A stretch of DNA of 64,000 nt from a bacterium (GTDB taxonomy: Bacteria > Patescibacteriota > Minisyncoccia > Phycocordibacterales > JAKAEA01): contig JAKAEA010000001.1 of NCBI GenBank assembly GCA_021818465.1, positions 169,972-233,971 on the forward strand, in the 5' to 3' direction. Of this stretch, positions 61,809 to 64,000 are shown one piece after another. The notes beneath the pieces were generated by a model. The model saw nothing but the letters and a program-made list of their open reading frames with translations, was not told the origin of the DNA and did not search any database. How positions within the stretch are numbered: position 1 is the first letter of the stretch; each line of letters begins with the position of its first letter. A program made the translations under genes and the position numbers.

Positions 61809-62009
61809 TGGGCTGTGCTTACCCTCAAATTCGGCGAAAAGTGCGAAAAGTTAGATCGACCTAAAGCCGTCAAAAGCCGTGGGGTAAATCTGCTAAAATA
61901 CCCTTACAACAGCTCGCTACAGTTGGTACCAGACCAGACATCGCAGCACTTATAAAATTTTGGGAATACAGTTTTCTTGTTTGATTTTTGTTAAACCAAG
62001 AGATTTTTA

Positions 62010-63404
62010 TTATAAAAAATGAATGTCCTCAATCTCTTCTCGTTGGCCGCGAATGACGGTGTCTGCAATGTGGGTGACGGCTTTTTTGGGCGTATTGAGG
62101 AGGCCGTTGACCGCCGCACCAGCCAACCAACCGGATTGTAGCCAATCTAGTAGCCACTCGTGCGTGAAGCGTGGATCAAATTGCTCAATGCCGGCGCCAA
62201 CCATGTGCAGCCACGCACGGTTCGATTCTTCTTGCGAGCCGAGCGGGGGAGCGATAATGATAGGCAAGCCAAGGCCTGCGTAAAAAGAAAGTTCACTCGG
62301 TTTAGTCCAGAGAATATCGGTTTCAGTTAGTGCGGCAGCGAATTTTTTAAAATACTCAAATGTATTCGGCGCGTACACAATATTGTTTTCACTCCGGATG
62401 CCAAGTCGCTGCATTGCTGCTTCAAATTTTTTCTTAATATACTCAAGCGCACCAGCTGCCAGTATGAGTCGAATGGTGCCAGACGTGATGTGCTGACGAA
62501 GTGATTCGAGAATTGTAATACCAATTTCCCATTGGGCGCCAGCGCCGCCAACAGAAAACATGATTGTAAGTGGCGTGCGGGTTACATCTGCAGTCGATTG
62601 CTTAAGTGATGCGCCAGTTGTGTCGCTGATGTAGAGATCTAAAAGTTCCCCATACTTTTTCCGATATCGGCCGTGGGGATCTAATACCGCAAGACGACGG
62701 GAAAGAGTGGCGGCAGTGATATCGGACCGATTAGATATTTCTGGTAAGGGAAAACCGGTGATGATAATGCGCTCGGCACGAATGCCGTAGAGTTTTAAAC
62801 GTTCTTTAGCACGCAGGGTTGGCGCAAGATAGGTGATGCGACTGCGTGTTGGATCAAGCGGTGCCCAGGCACGAGCTACGTCGGTGTCGGTGCACAAACA
62901 GTAAATGTCACCACGGTAACCGTGTTCTTCAGCAAAAAAAGCAGGAACAGGAAAGGTGCATATGAGAGGCAGCGGCTCGGCATTGAGTGTATCAATGAGG
63001 TGTTTGCCCCAGTGCGCTCTTCGAATTAATGTATATGTTTCTTTCAGCTCTAGTGTTGGTTGCGACAAGTCGCGGCGTGGATAAAATGGTGGAATTTGAT
63101 GGAGATAATCCATGAGGTGGAAAATACGCTTACCTAAAAAAGGAATACTGTCGAAACGCGACACGCCCTCGTATGTTTTTTCAATGTTATTCCAAATCAA
63201 TCGGTCTTTTTTAGGAATATTTGTATACGTATTCGCGGAAATAATTGTTGATTCAGTCGAATCCCAAAGTTTGGGTAGTGTGGCTATGCCACGCAAGGGG
63301 AATGCTGCTCGCTGATGACCGTAGCCCATATCTACTGCTACGACATATGCACCGCGAGGATGAATGGAAGATTCAGACATAGGTACTATCATTCTAGTAT
63401 ACAC
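62010..63404 (-). CDS. GT28-family (MurG/MGDG-synthase/UgtP-like) GT-B glycosyltransferase
   Basis: N-terminal Gly-rich loop VDMGYGH. C-terminal TKPSELSFYAGLGLPIIIAPPLGSQEESNRAWL resembles the MurG/UgtP donor-binding region. Confidence 0.5.
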   Translation of the reverse strand: MYTRMIVPMSESSIHPRGAYVVAVDMGYGHQRAAFPLRGIATLPKLWDSTESTIISANTYTNIPKKDRLIWNNIEKTYEGVSRFDSIPFLGKRIFHLMDYLHQIPPFYPRRDLSQPTLELKETYTLIRRAHWGKHLIDTLNAEPLPLICTFPVPAFFAEEHGYRGDIYCLCTDTDVARAWAPLDPTRSRITYLAPTLRAKERLKLYGIRAERIIITGFPLPEISNRSDITAATLSRRLAVLDPHGRYRKKYGELLDLYISDTTGASLKQSTADVTRTPLTIMFSVGGAGAQWEIGITILESLRQHITSGTIRLILAAGALEYIKKKFEAAMQRLGIRSENNIVYAPNTFEYFKKFAAALTETDILWTKPSELSFYAGLGLPIIIAPPLGSQEESNRAWLHMVGAGIEQFDPRFTHEWLLDWLQSGWLAGAAVNGLLNTPKKAVTHIADTVIRGQREEIEDIHFL

Positions 63405-63480
63405 CTCTCGATTAATTTGTGTGTATAAAAAAACAGGACTATTAAGTCCTGTTCAACCGAACCATTCAATGATCTGGACT

Positions 63481-63702
63481 CTAGAAGAGTCGATATTGAA
63501 TGGAGGGTTTTTTTTGTGCCTGCGCACGTTTTTTTGCAGCGCTGCGCTTACCCAGTTCCGAAAGAATTTGCCGAAACATCTCTTGTCGTGTGTTGGGCGC
63601 TATACCGTGTCGTTGAAGCACGGTAAGCGCCGCGCGCGGTCGAGGAATCCCGAGTTTGCCGAGTGCTTCTGTCTCGTTGGCCAGTGTTTTTATACTGCAC
63701 AT
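63481..63702 (-). CDS. small basic hypothetical protein, possible HTH
   Basis: 73-aa ORF with a basic C-terminal tail (KRSAAKKRAQAQKK). Confidence 0.25.
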   Translation of the reverse strand: MCSIKTLANETEALGKLGIPRPRAALTVLQRHGIAPNTRQEMFRQILSELGKRSAAKKRAQAQKKPSIQYRLF

Positions 63703-63855
63703 TTTTGGACCCCTTTCTGTAAAAGAACAAACATATTATACTATGAATATAAATATAAGTCAATGCATGTAATTGACAAAACTATTATATTGAATTATGG
63801 TTAATTTGGTTTGGTGTATATTGTGTAGTTTTTTAAAATAGAAAGGAGCCTGTGT

Positions 63856-64000
63856 ATGGCTACAAAAACGCAAGATATTAACGTGCAAAAAATCATTCCT
63901 TTACCAACTCCGTTTGAACTCAGGGATACCTGGCCGCTTACAACTCATGCGCTTCAGAACGTGGAGTACGCGCGTCAGGCCGTTCAGAATATTCTCGCAG
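63856..64000 (+). CDS. class I 3-deoxy-7-phosphoheptulonate (DAHP) synthase, N-terminal fragment; 3' end cut by window edge
   Basis: RBS gaaaggag 7 nt upstream of the ATG. N-terminus KIIPLPTPFELRDTWPLTTHALQNVEYARQAVQNIL aligns with AroG/AroF N-termini. Confidence 0.55.
   Translation, partial: MATKTQDINVQKIIPLPTPFELRDTWPLTTHALQNVEYARQAVQNILA

Larger units (their letters stand above)
51455..61990. mobile_element. putative integrative/mobile island next to tRNA-Gln (large serine recombinase, XRE regulator, HTH/TerS-like protein, R-M-like defence cargo)
   Basis: Begins directly 3' of tRNA-Gln. Contains recombinase 53370..54647 (-), regulator 59863..60081 (-), HTH protein 61208..61768, and MTase/nuclease cargo. 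Ends at a terminator (61778..61808) plus an AT-rich spacer before the resumption of housekeeping-type genes. Exact ends not determinable from sequence alone. Confidence 0.4.

Noticed and set aside
51455-61990. Direct repeats or att duplication of the tRNA-Gln 3' end at the distal island boundary
   Set aside because: Only a 7-nt CGCAGCA match near 61930. That is insufficient, and serine-recombinase elements are not expected to produce long target duplications.

Overview
This 64-kb bacterial window is gene-dense, uses the standard genetic code, and has short intergenic regions. The core backbone carries: a 5'-truncated MBL/beta-CASP hydrolase; the infC-rpmI-rplT operon; ssrA (tmRNA) next to smpB; ftsH; recG with an HhH-GPD glycosylase; a short G6PD-like gene; ligA; gatCA; prfB; ftsEX; pyrG; a 3'-truncated DAHP synthase; and eight tRNAs. 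There are two accessory regions. (1) A ~22-kb type IV pilus/competence locus at 15-38 kb: comF; pilM plus PilN-, PilO- and PilP-like genes; pilB; an orphan receiver; pilT; pilC; a GT2-GtrA fusion; the major pilin; a GT-C-like polytopic membrane protein; pilD; five pilin-like genes; and no secretin gene in the locus. It is followed by two tandemly duplicated giant (880 and 1163 aa) secreted proteins with an internal membrane anchor, tandem Cys-pair repeats and a shared C-terminal GQNNNFF(P/Q)F motif. These occupy the PilY1 position of minor-pilin operons. (2) A ~10.5-kb mobile-element-like island at 51.5-62.0 kb, directly 3' of tRNA-Gln, carrying a large serine recombinase, an XRE repressor and an HTH/TerS-like protein. 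It contains a four-gene, translationally coupled operon: an N6-adenine-MTase-like gene (EFYT...NPPF), a DUF262 (DGQQR)/HNH nuclease, a 560-aa membrane-anchored alpha-helical protein, and a DUF4238-like protein. A second DUF4238-like paralog sits in a separate overlapping two-gene module. I regard this as the best candidate for a previously undescribed R-M-like / anti-phage defence system in the window. Other points: tmRNA with a G3-U pair and a tag ending ...AFAYATA; infC with a non-AUG start; a tRNA-Ile with the UAU anticodon; a secreted Tyr/Asn-repeat protein encoded by a hexanucleotide microsatellite; a membrane-anchored protein with an Rx4H HEPN-like C-terminus; and a ~400-nt ORF-poor segment with nested hairpins and a strong terminator that may be an unassigned structured RNA. 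No CRISPR array was found.
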